Source: Octopus bimaculoides (lineage: Eukaryota). From it: a DNA stretch of 32,812 nucleotides. The notes below the pieces were generated by a model, which saw only the letters and a list, made by a program, of their open reading frames with translations, was not told the origin of the DNA and did no database searches. The stretch lies in the NCBI RefSeq assembly GCF_001194135.2, contig NW_026371731.1:3213-36024 (forward strand). Reading direction: 5' to 3'. Both the position numbers and the translations under genes were made by a program. Positions 22,391 to 32,812 of this stretch are shown in pieces (within the stretch, counting starts at the first letter, position 1; each line of letters opens with the position of its first letter).

Positions 22391-23275
22391 TATAAAGCCT
22401 TGGGAGTGAAATTTGGTAAACAGAAAATGTGCAGTATGTTTGTGGCTATAGTAGTGATAGAGATGTATAGAAATGTTCAGTAAATACATCATGGGAAAAT
22501 ATATCAAAATATATCGTAGTAAATACATTGTCTGAATTTTCATTGCAAGCTAATTAACATTATAAGCCAATTGAATCATCATCTGCCTTTTATCCACGAC
22601 ATAAATACATCTTTAAATAAGTGCATTGCCTTTCATTAACAAATAAAACTTGTAATTTGATTTTTTTACTGCAACGCTAGAAAAGATGTATGTTATGTAA
22701 TAAAAGAAGAAAGGATCGATCAATGAAATATTATATCCCCTTCTTAATTTCTGAATAATCATAGAAAAAAAAATTTCCCTATCTATGTGCATGACAATAA
22801 TCTAATTACATCATATTATTAACATTAATTACTACAGAAATGTAACAATGTAGTCTTAATTCATTATATTTTAATTGGACCTAATGAGGAAATAATGATG
22901 GTAATAGTCTCAAAGTAAATAAATATGTTGCCTTTCATTAACATTGTTAAACAAAATTTGAAGACAAAGAAGAGTTATTAGTAACAAGTGTACTCAGTGT
23001 ACACATGAAAGAAAAAACAAACAAAACAAAAACAAATAAACAAAACAAATAAAAGTTATTTTTTCAAAATAGAACCATGACCATAAAGAAAATGCACTAT
23101 TAACACTATTTTAACCTTTGAGCATTATAAACAGATTGGCTGCTTGTTCAGGGATTGGAATTGATTGAGGTTGTTCATCATTTATTCAATATACACAGAA
23201 ATAGGAAAATTTATACAGTTTATATCTACTACATAGGTTACATATATTTTAACCCTGTATTTATACTATTCGAGT

Positions 23276-23643
23276 GGAGACGCAATGGCCCAGTGGTTAG
23301 GGCAGCAGACTCACGGTCATAGGATCGCGGTTTCGATTCCCAAACCGGGCGTTGTGAGTGTTTATTGAGCGAAAACACCTAAAAACTCCGCAAGGCTCCT
23401 GCAGGGGATGGTGGCGAACCCTGCTGTACTCTTCCACCACAACTTTCTCTCGCTCTTTCTTCCTGTTTCTGTTGTGCCTGTATTTCAAAGGGACAGCCTT
23501 GTCACACTGTGTCACGCTGAATATCCCCGAGAACTACGTTAAAGGTACACGTGTCTGTGGAGTGCTCAGCCACTTGCACGTTAATTTCACAAGCAGGCTG
23601 TTCCGTTGATCGGATCGACTGGAACCCTTGACATCGTAAGCGA
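23276..23643 (+). mobile_element. SINE family C, full length
   Basis: GGAGACGCAATGGCCCAGTGGTTAGGGCAGC...GGTTTCGATTCCC; reverse complement of 856-1243. Confidence 0.8.
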
Positions 23644-23852
23644 TGCTCCAATGTCTGCTTTGGCATGATTTCTACGACAGGATGCACTTCTTAATGCTAA
23701 CCATTTCACAAAGTGTACTGGGTGCTTTTTACATGGCACTAGCACTAGTAGTTCATAAGAAAGGATCCCTTGACTGAGGTGAGCATATCACTGAGGGAGG
23801 TGGCTTTATGCCAGGTGACGAGAAGGACAGTGTGATAGTGTATTTACCAACA
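23641..23852. repeat. 212-bp exact repeat (copies 23641-23852, 24847-25058, 25366-25577)
   Basis: Identical by eye from CGATGCTCC to TTACCAACA; the third copy is a contig bounded by two 10-N gaps. Confidence 0.9.
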
Positions 23853-23868
23853 ACAACATATTATTTGA

Positions 23869-24050
23869 AACCTTTAGCATTCAGGTTAATTTATGAAATG
23901 TAATGCTTATTCATTCACATTTTCAAAAATTAATCATGTTGCTCTTGTAACTTCAAGATTTTGAAGATGTGATTTTTTTATTTTTAGAATTGTCATTGTA
24001 GAGTAGGTGTGAGAGGCTGGATCTGGCCAGTTTCAACATAAAACATGTTA
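23869..24050. mobile_element. piggyBac-type MITE fragment
   Basis: CCTTTAGCATTCAG...GAAATGTAATGCTTATTCATTCACAT...GGATCTGGCCAGTTTCAACATAAAAC. Confidence 0.6.
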
Positions 24051-24104
24051 ATTTGTCTGAGAAACATCAGCTTAGTAATTCGTTCGACTACAGATGCAAA
24101 GCCT

Positions 24105-24297
24105 GAAATTTTGAGGGAGGGAGCTACTCAATTACAATGACCTCAGTGTTCAGCGAGTACTTATTTTATTGACCACGTAAGGATGAAAGTTGGCCTTGAC
24201 AACATTTGAACTCAGAACATAAAGCCAGAAGAAATGCTGCTTCGTGCTTTGTCCAGCATGCTAACAATTCTGCCAGCTTGCCACCATTCGCCAGCTT
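24105..24297 (-). mobile_element. SINE family B
   Basis: Same motifs as 9425-9598. Confidence 0.65.
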
Positions 24298-24774
24298 AAC
24301 AATGACAGTTATTTTGCTAAATTTTTCATCATTTAAAAATTTATTTGAAATAAAAGCAGTGTATTTCAACAGAAATACAGCAACAAAACAGTTAAACTGG
24401 GGGGAAAGAAAAACATATAAAAAAAGACAAATTATGAGCAATGCTTTCCAAATATTTTGGTATTTTGGCAGCTTTGATGTTCACTGATGACACATTGACT
24501 TCTGACTTTTTATTTCTTTCTGTGATGTGTCATGTCTGTAGCAGTAATACACAGTTTGACTGATTATTACTTTGTTTCTTGGTTGTTCCTTTTTCAAAAG
24601 TTCTAAAAAGTTTCCAGATCAAAGGATGGAATATTTTGTCTCCTGAATCTTTTTTTTTTTCATTCTTAATAGAAAGCAGTCTGTGTATAAATACTTTCAA
24701 TAAAGCTTTAAAATGTGTTAACTCCACAAATAATAACTTTAAATAACGTTTAGCAATGTATTTTTTCTTCATCA

Positions 24775-25058
24775 ACATTTAATATCTGTTTTCCATGCTG
24801 ACATGGGTTGGATGGTTTGACAGGAACCCATGAGCCAGAGGACTCGCGATGCTCCAATGTCTGCTTTGGCATGATTTCTACGACAGGATGCACTTCTTAA
24901 TGCTAACCATTTCACAAAGTGTACTGGGTGCTTTTTACATGGCACTAGCACTAGTAGTTCATAAGAAAGGATCCCTTGACTGAGGTGAGCATATCACTGA
25001 GGGAGGTGGCTTTATGCCAGGTGACGAGAAGGACAGTGTGATAGTGTATTTACCAACA
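24775..25058 (-). mobile_element. Family E-related retroelement, 3' part
   Basis: TTTTCCATGCTGACATGGGTTGGATGGTTTGAC tail signature. Confidence 0.6.
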
Positions 25059-25100
25059 ATGAATTTAGTAAGATGATGAATCTACTGATGAAGTATTTAA

Positions 25101-25300
25101 CCCTTTAGCATTTAAACCAGTTATATCCGGCCAAAATATTCTACCTATTTTATATTCAAACCAGCCAGATCCAGCCTTTCACACCTACCCTACAATGTCA
25201 TTATAAAAAACAACCGCAACATCAAAATCTCAAATTTATGAGATAATGCATGATTAATTGAAAACAATGTGAATAGACAAGCTTTACAATTGACAGATAA
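25101..25300. mobile_element. piggyBac-type MITE, right end lost
   Basis: TTAA|CCCTTTAGCATTTAAACC...; homologous to 2570-2789. Confidence 0.6.
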
Positions 25301-25587
25301 TGTACTGGTTTTAATGTAATTACCTTGTGGTGACCAGCAAATCATATATATATATNNNNNNNNNNCGATGCTCCAATGTCTGCTTTGGCATGATTTCTAC
25401 GACAGGATGCACTTCTTAATGCTAACCATTTCACAAAGTGTACTGGGTGCTTTTTACATGGCACTAGCACTAGTAGTTCATAAGAAAGGATCCCTTGACT
25501 GAGGTGAGCATATCACTGAGGGAGGTGGCTTTATGCCAGGTGACGAGAAGGACAGTGTGATAGTGTATTTACCAACANNNNNNNNNN

Positions 25588-25618
<31 letters not shown>

Positions 25619-25984
25619 CAGTGCATCAAACCAAAAGCAGATATGAGGTTGATGTAACCAATTAAAACCTTTGAAGGTGGTTTCCCAGCATGGTTGCAGT
25701 TACAAGACCAAAACAAGTAACAGAATAAAAGAAAAGTATACATATCTATTATTTAATAAAAAAAAAAAGATTGGTAGAATCTGTAAAGTGTCAAACAAAA
25801 TGCAATGCAGTACTTTATTATTTCATTCCTTTATGTTTGGAGTTCAAATATTGTTTGGGTCAACTTTTCCATCCTGCTTCTGGGGTTGATAATATAATTA
25901 CCAGTCATGAACTGGGTTGAAGATTTATTATAGTCAACTGTACCACTTCCTTGAAATGTGTGATCATGTACCTATATGTATCTA

Positions 25985-26213
25985 TATCAACATCATCATC
26001 ACCATCATCATGATCTATTCTCTGCAGTCTGTTTGGTGTACCATTGCACATGGTAGGTCTTCTCAGAGCACTTGGAGGCTTCACATAGTTGCTTTATGTA
26101 GGTTCGATGTGGTCTACCAACCTTTGCATACCCAGAGAAGAACAGCACTGATAATATCATCATTTGCTCTCCAGCAATGTCAGCAAATCTTGTTCTTTTT
26201 TTCTCTGATGGGT
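25985..26213 (-). mobile_element. RTE-clade LINE 3' end fragment
   Basis: Frameshifted IRE(K)RTRFA(G)HCWRANDDIISAVLLW...GRPHRTYIKQLCE, then a (GAT)-rich tail. Confidence 0.7.
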
Positions 26214-26665
26214 TGGATGGTTTGACTAGGGCTGGTAAGCTAGGAGGCTGCACCAGACCCCAGTCTGCTTTGGCATGGTTTCTACAGCTGGATGTCCTTC
26301 CTAACGCCAACCAATCCAAGTTTAGTGGGTGCTTTAATATGCCACCAGTTTGGGTACCATTTGCATGACACTGATATCCACCACAACTGCAGTTTTACTT
26401 GGCTTGATGGGTCTTCTCAAGCACAGCATAATGCCAAATGGACTCAGTCATTGGCTCCGTGAGGCACAATGCTCAAAGCATGGCACAATGCCAAATGGTC
26501 TTGGTCCTTGGCTCCATGAGACCCAACACTAGAAAGGTGCTTTTACGTGCCACCAACACAGGTGTCATTTGTGTGACGCCAATATCTGCCACAACTGCGA
26601 TTTTATTTGGCTTGATGGGTCTTATATATATATATATATACACATAATGCACTATATTTATTATA

Positions 26666-26714
<49 letters not shown>

Positions 26715-27074
26715 GAGAGAATGCCAGGCAGTGGTGAAGGGGTAATAGAGAAGTTATATGTTCAGATCTTAGCCTCCCCACCCACAAAATATAAAATAAA
26801 CAAAATAAAACTAAAACAAACAAAAACAAACTATATAAGCAGAAGAAACATCTGTGTTAGGAAAAAAAAAGCATGCATTAAAAATATCAAAACGACATGG
26901 AGATGTGGCCTATATGAATTGTGTGTATGTGTGGGGGGAGATAAAGAGGTGGGGAGAGTGGGTTTGAAGATTATGTGTTAATAGTAACCAGGATGTCCAT
27001 CTCACATATTTTACAAGAGAAAACAGTCTTTCATGTATTGCAAGCATGTAACACATTTTTCTCTCACACTCACT

Positions 27075-27110
<36 letters not shown>

Positions 27111-27156
27111 TCATATAAGTAAAGTTATATGCTGAATGTTAGTGAGTGCTGGACTG
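26209..27156 (-). mobile_element. Inverted homolog of the 3058-4050 chimeric unit (possible source copy)
   Basis: Collinear; about 94% identity over a 112-bp stretch compared by hand (3144-3255 vs 26950-27063); both copies yield the ORF piece ERKMCYML.IHERLFSLV. Confidence 0.8.
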
Positions 27157-28719
27157 TATGTATAATGTATATAAGAAACACAGTGTGCGTTGAGATATGC
27201 CCAGTATGTATATACTGAACGAATTCTTTTTGGTGACTATTGTCGTCGTCATCATCATCACTATTTCAATCAATGTCTATTTATTTATTTATTTATTTTA
27301 TGCAAGTCGCAATGCTTGTATTACAAGTGTTTTTATATTCAAGGGTGTATATAGAAATAAGCATGCTTGTGCATATAAGTGAGGGTGTGTTTGCCTGTGA
27401 GTTTATATGATGGAAAGCTAAAGAGTGTCTGCATGTGAGAAAGAGAGTGAGTGAGTGAGTGAGTGAAAGAGAGTTTTGATAAAATGAAAAGTGTTGAGAA
27501 TTCAAACACGGAAGTAAAATATCTTTTCAAATCACATACATCAATTATACACATTGACAGGCCAGCATAAACACACTGGAATGTAAACACACACACACAC
27601 ACACATCACATTTGTAATGAGGACATTATATAATTTAGTCTTAGAATGCATTATGTGTAACTAAAAGACAGGATAGTCATGTTTGGAACACATTTTTTTT
27701 AACATAGTATCTGCTCAGTCAGAAATGAACGGGTGCTAAATTACAATAACAGCACCATAACCCACAAACACACACACACATAGATACAAACAACTTGACA
27801 AGTTACCACACACACACACACACACACAGTCACATAAGCAAACATACAGAAGTACGGATACACTGACACATTCACATACCGATACCTAAACATAAAACAT
27901 ATACACTCACACATACACAATTTATACAGAACCTGTGCAGATTTTCTTTTAAATATATTTATTGCCACTGATAATGCAGCAAAGCATCTTTTCATATTTC
28001 TAAAGAGCATTTCTTCTACAGAGACACTCACATACACACACAAACAGAATTGACATAGGCAGAGGAAATGACTTATACAAATCAAACATTATTAGAAAAA
28101 TACCACCATATGGAATCTACAGAAAAAAAACAGACCCTTCCTCCTCACCCCCGCCATATATATATAAATGTGTGCATGTGTGTTGTTATATGCATATATA
28201 AATGCATGAATAATAAACATCTAAGACAGAGAGAAAAAGGAGAGAGAGGCCATTCACTGAAGGTCTTGAAAAATATACTGCATCTACTTGGGCACAATGT
28301 GATCTTGAATACAATACAAACCAACTCACACTGCTTTGTACCGAAAAATACCAGTCATGTTTTATCCTATCTTGTTTTCTTTTACCCTCAAATATAATGC
28401 TACCCTGCCAATTTCGATTGGTGTTTTGCATTAAATTTCTCACTTTATATGTGAGTAAACATATTGTCAATGTCATCATCATCATCTTAATGTCTACCTT
28501 TTTCATGCATTCATAAATGAGATGGAATTTGTTGAGGCAGATTTTCTTTGGTCAGATACCCCTACTTGTCACCAACCCTCACCTGCTTCCAAAACAAGAT
28601 TATATTTCCCCGTGGCCAGACATATTTTCACACAAGATTGGAAACAAACGGCACTGCTTGTAAAACAAGTTGTATGATGAATGGGGTAAATGTGGTACCA
28701 GCTAGTTCACCTACTTTCC

Positions 28720-29123
28720 TTAACTCTTTTAGCACTCAGATTACTCTGCCCAATTTAACACTTATTTATTCACATTGTTTCGAATTAATCATGCATCATT
28801 TCATAGATCCGAAATTTCAATGATGTAATTGCTTTATTCTTAGAATGACATTGTAGGGTAGGTAGAAAGGCTAAATCTAGTCAGTTTGAACATAAGACAG
28901 GTAGAATACTTTGGCCAGTTTAATCCTTTTGTATTTAAACTGGCCACATCCAGCCCTACCTGTTTTATGTTGAAACTGGCCAGATCCAGCATCTCACACT
29001 TGCCCTACAATGTCATTCTAAAAATATACAACCACATCATCGAAATCTCAAAGCTAAAAGATAATGTATGAGTAATTCAAAACATTAGATTTGACAAAGT
29101 AATCTGAATGCTGAAGTGTGTTA
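28720..29123. mobile_element. Two piggyBac-type MITE copies abutting in inverted orientation
   Basis: 28720-28918 in one orientation; 28920-29123 in the other, starting TTAATCCTTTTG. Confidence 0.6.
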
Positions 29124-29484
29124 GAGGATAAGTAAGCAGTTTTGACATTCCAGCTCTTCTCAGAATTGGTTATTCCTGTAAACTATATTACAACAGCATA
29201 TGAGACACTGCTAGTCTCCATTATTTGATTCATTTAGAAAGGTGGAAACAGTTACAGTTTGAAATCTTAGACTTTTTTGTTTATTTTTATTGTTTCAGAA
29301 TAAATCATTGATTAATTTTGAAGCCATAAAAAAACGAGGCTTTTGCACTACTTTTTGGTACTGAATTTTCCAACCCATGTCAGCATAGAAAGCAGTTGTA
29401 AAATGAAGATGATGATGAGTTTCATTGTTCACTAACCATAGCTAAAGAAAGTAAAGAATTTTCATATGCACTGTTTTCTATTAA

Positions 29485-30072
29485 CCCTTTAGCATTCCTA
29501 TAACTCTATAAAATGTAATGCTTATTTATTACCTCCACCTTTGCTAAGGCGGAGGTATTGTTTTCAGTCGTGTTTGTTTGTTTGTTTGTCCGTGGACAGG
29601 ATATCTCAAGAACTGTTGGATGGATTTGAATGAAACTTTCAAGGATGTTTGGCCTCATGACTGGCACAAACTGATTAGATTTTGGGGTCGATCCAATACC
29701 GGACAAGGATTCTGGATTATTTTTCCTGTTTTTTTACTTAATTTTTGAGAGCAGTCGGGTTCATTTTTAGTATTCTTGTTTGTGAGAGCAGTCGAGTTTA
29801 TTTCAGATATTCTCATTTTAAAAATCATTTCTGGCTAATCATTGAGAGAACACTGGTATTGCCTTGGCAGAGGTTTGCACTTTCTGAGTGCTCTTGTTCA
29901 CATTGTCTTCAAGTAATTAGGCATAATCGCAAAACTCCAAGATTTTGATGATGTGACTGTATATTTTCAGAATGACATTATAGAATAGCTGTGAAGGACC
30001 AGATCTGAGTATCTTGAACATAAAACAAGCTGAATATTTGGGCTGGTTGTGGCTGGTTTAAATGCTAATGGG
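29485..30072. mobile_element. piggyBac-type MITE hosting a nested insertion
   Basis: TTAA|CCCTTTAGCATT ... AATGCTAATGGG|TGAA; host sequence GCTTATTTATT|CACATTG is interrupted at 29530/29899. Confidence 0.7.
29531..29898 (+). mobile_element. Helentron-associated (DINE-1/HINE-like) non-autonomous element
   Basis: 5' subTIR ACCTCCACC with nearby IR GGCGGAGGT, (GTTT)n, 3' subTIR GGCAGAGGT, terminal hairpin GCACT-TTCTG-AGTGC; inserted at TT with no TSD. Confidence 0.75.
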
Positions 30073-30940
30073 TGAAGTCAGTGAGTTGGATTTGGTATGT
30101 GGGCTGTATTTTGCCAAAACCTGATATAAAGTATAGAAAACACTGGAGCTTGATATTTTTGTGAGGTGAGAGACCTTCATCTGGAGAGCTGCAAGAAAGA
30201 ATGGTTGTGAGTGGGGGTGAGGTGACAAATTTGAAACCACAGAAGATGCTTTGAAAAGCCTTCAGTCTTAATCAATCGTTATATGATTGAGAAACAGCAA
30301 GAACTCTTGCAGTAACAACAACATCAACAGTAACTTCTCTATGGAGGTGAATATGCAGAACCATCAGAGCATCAGATACATGGTGGTATTTGTTCTGATT
30401 CATTGCTTTCTGAGTTCAAATCTTGTCATGGCCAACATGAATAATGGAGTTAATCCAATGCACAGATTAACACCACCACACCACTTTGGTGGCCTTTAGC
30501 AGAGTCCATTCTGCCACAAGCATTTGGTCCAGGTCTCTAGTTTGAGGATATATACCTTCTTTTCTCCTTCCAACCTGTCTCAGAGACTCTGTAAAAGATT
30601 ACAGGCACCACCCTTCATCCTGACTAAGCAATAAAATAAAACCATCAGCAAACTTGACACTTGTGTTGAGTTGTGAATTCTTAGCTGACTCATGATGAAT
30701 TTTGACAAAGAGAAAAACATACCTTCGTAATATCATGCTATAAAAAAACACATTATACAAATAACACTTGACTTATAGGAGGATAAATAGAGAAATTAAA
30801 ATTTTGGAACACTCAGTTAAAGAGGTTCACCATTGTTGCTCTATACTATCACACAAGCTGCTAGAAATAGCAAGGAAACCTTCCTCAAAATCATGTCTTA
30901 CTATCTTAAAATGGGGAAGAAAGAAAAAAGATATAAACAC

Positions 30941-31355
30941 AGGTGCAGGTGTAGCTGTGTGATAAGAGGCTTGCTTCCCCACCACATGGCTCCAGGTTCA
31001 GTCCCACTGTGTGGCTCCTTAGGCAAGTGTCTTCTACTATAGCCTTGGGTCAACCAAAGCCTTGTGAGTGGATCTGGTAGACAGAAACTGAAATAAGCCT
31101 GTTGTGTATATATGTGCGTGTGTGTGTGTCTCTTTGTGTCTGTATTTGTTTCCCACCACCACCACCACTTGACAACCTTTGTTGGTTTGATTATGTCCCT
31201 GTAACCTAGCAGTTTGGCAAAAGGGAACAACAGGATAAGTACCAGGTCTGGAAAAAAAATAAGTACTGAGGTTGATTCATCTGACTAAAATTGTTCAAGG
31301 TGGTACCCCAGCAAGGCTGCAGTCTAATGACAGAAACAAGTAAAAAAATAAAAAA
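30941..31355 (+). mobile_element. SINE family A, full length
   Basis: Head, core and tail as in other copies. Confidence 0.8.
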
Positions 31356-31569
31356 CACAATATAGAATTTACACATAGCAACGTCATACAACATGCACGT
31401 GTGCACACAATATAGTATTTACACATATGGCAACATCAGATAAGCAGATACACAATATAGAATTCATACACATGGTAATGGCATACATCACACACATACA
31501 CAAATAAATACAAACATACACTTAATTTAGAATTTACAGACATGGCAACATGAGACTGGTGCACTAAAG

Positions 31570-31787
31570 CTTAAACATGCCAACAACCAATAGTAAGAAA
31601 GCCAGGTTGCACTGGACAGACTGTGTGCAAGGAATGAACAACAGTTCAAATAAGAGTAATCAAACAATATATGAAGATCAATTCTTTTTAAAGTAATCAT
31701 TAGTTATCTGAAAGGGCCAGAGGATGGCAAAGAAGGGAGAAGAGGCAAAAAGAAAGGATAGTGATGAGTACTGATGATAGCAACGAC

Positions 31788-31829
<42 letters not shown>

Positions 31830-31875
31830 AATGATGATAATGATGATAATGATGATAATGATGATGATGATGATA
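31570..31875 (+). mobile_element. Decayed RTE-like LINE 3' end with long (GAT/AAT)n tail
   Basis: KKARLHWTDCVQGMNN resembles R(K)ARLRWAGHVxRM; a GRRG-like stretch follows, then the trinucleotide tract at 31786-31875. Confidence 0.5.
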
Positions 31876-32319
31876 TTGATTGGGTTTGTTATTTATCATA
31901 GTTTAGGGATGATACAAGTAATAACGAAGATAATTATGATTGGTGCTGGAGAAAGATAGCGGTGAAATATAAGATAAAACAATGATGATGATGATGATGA
32001 TAAAGGAGAAGATATAAAAACAAGAGAAAACATGTCTAACTGATTGCAAAGAAACACAAATGGAAGTAGACAATGGCAGTTGAAATTATTTCAATTTTAC
32101 AGTACAGTCTAGTTGCTATCAACACACTCACTTAGAAACGCCCTGTCATCTTCCTTTCTCCTCTTACTATTCACTTTTGAATGCACACGCACGCATGTGC
32201 ACACCCACCACCACCATTGTGGGGGATGCTTTACAGAATCATTCAACCTGTTTGAAGCAGTAGCCAAACTGCCCTCCCTTCTTCTATTACACCTATTGTC
32301 CTAAGGAAGGAATGACATG

Positions 32320-32420
32320 TTTGATATTGGTTTCAAATTTTGGCACAAAGCCAGTAAGTTGTGGGGGTGGGGGTAAGTCGATTACATCAATCCCAAAAGG
32401 AATTGAACTCAGAATATTAA
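32320..32420 (-). mobile_element. SINE family B fragment, cut by the RTE insertion
   Basis: GGTTTCAAATTTTGGCACAAAGCC...GTCGATTACATCAATCCC...GAATTGAACTCAGAA. Confidence 0.55.
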
Positions 32421-32432
32421 AAAAAAACGATG

Positions 32433-32812
32433 GGACCAGCTATCCGAGTTGATAGTACCAGGGTAGATAAAGCAATTAAGAGTATGAAGACCGGGAAAGC
32501 CCCCGGCCCATCAGGAATCACTGCAGAGATGCTCAAAATATCTGGCAGTGTTGGCTATAGCCTAGTCACCCGTATTATGAACCAGGTGATACACGAAGGA
32601 GTCATACCCAATGACTGGTGTAGCAGCATCATAGTCAACTGCTACAAAGGTAAAGGTGACGCTTTAGATACAAATAATTACAGAGGCATCAAGCTGTTAG
32701 ATCAGGTTATGAAAGTTACAGAGAGGGTCATAGCCCAACTAATTAGGGAGCGAATCAATTTAGATGAGATGCAGTTTGGGTTCGTGCCAGGTAAAAGCAC
32801 TACTGATGCCTT
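32433..32812 (+). mobile_element. RTE-clade LINE reverse transcriptase, 5'-truncated, open frame running off the window
   Basis: 126 uninterrupted codons: GPAIRVDSTRVDKAIKSMKTGKAPGPSGITAEMLK...PNDWCSSIIVNCYKGKGDALDTNNYRGIKLLDQVMKVTERVI...DEMQFGFVPGKSTTDA, with typical RTE motifs KAPG, NYRGI, QFGF.PG.STTDA. Confidence 0.92.

Larger units (their letters stand above)
6874..25587. other. Assembly gaps: 6874-7015, 7943-8591, 11993-12128, 16108-16117, 18928-19232, 21756-22075, 25356-25365, 25578-25587
   Basis: N runs; most abut (TA)n tracts or lie inside SINE A copies. X-rich ORFs are artefacts. Confidence 0.99.

Noticed and set aside
1930-25100. CTGATGA matches as hammerhead cores (near 1960, 2487, 4657, 24484, 25085)
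   Set aside because: None is followed by a stem II and GAAA at a usable distance.
28240-28480. Long open frames on + (e.g. FTEGLEKYTASTWAQCDLEYN...)
   Set aside because: No convincing splice sites and no protein family recognised.
30250-30480. Possible LINE endonuclease remnant (SNLVMANM resembling SDHNLVMA)
   Set aside because: Too short and degenerate to support.
31678-31959. Poly-His and poly-Met ORFs
   Set aside because: Translations of the (GAT)n tract.

Overview
AT-rich, microsatellite-rich, gapped animal genomic scaffold. The SINE repertoire suggests Octopus (inference). The one host gene I can support is malectin (MLEC, ER di-glucose-binding lectin) on the minus strand. Its last three coding exons are 10851-10672, 5632-5575 and 737-505; all have canonical splice sites and join in frame into the lectin C-terminal half, acidic tract, TM anchor and CLCRL end. 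I could not find the N-terminal exons, so they lie beyond base 32812 or in an N gap. Most of the rest is intron filled with transposon remains: several tRNA-derived SINE families, RTE and CR1/Jockey-like LINE fragments, piggyBac-type TTAA MITEs, Helitron/Helentron pieces, a fold-back mariner derivative and a decayed tRNA-Phe. Most ORFs in the supplied track are microsatellite, gap or repeat artefacts. I see no CRISPR or prokaryotic system and cannot demonstrate a new biological system. Best leads: (i) a ~1 kb chimeric retro-insert that looks copied from elsewhere in the same gene; (ii) an unexplained 83-bp twin-hairpin repeat on both sides of one malectin exon; (iii) several fold-back palindromes; (iv) a candidate in-frame 15-nt microexon. 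SINE family letters A-E are my own labels, and repeat boundaries are approximate unless stated.
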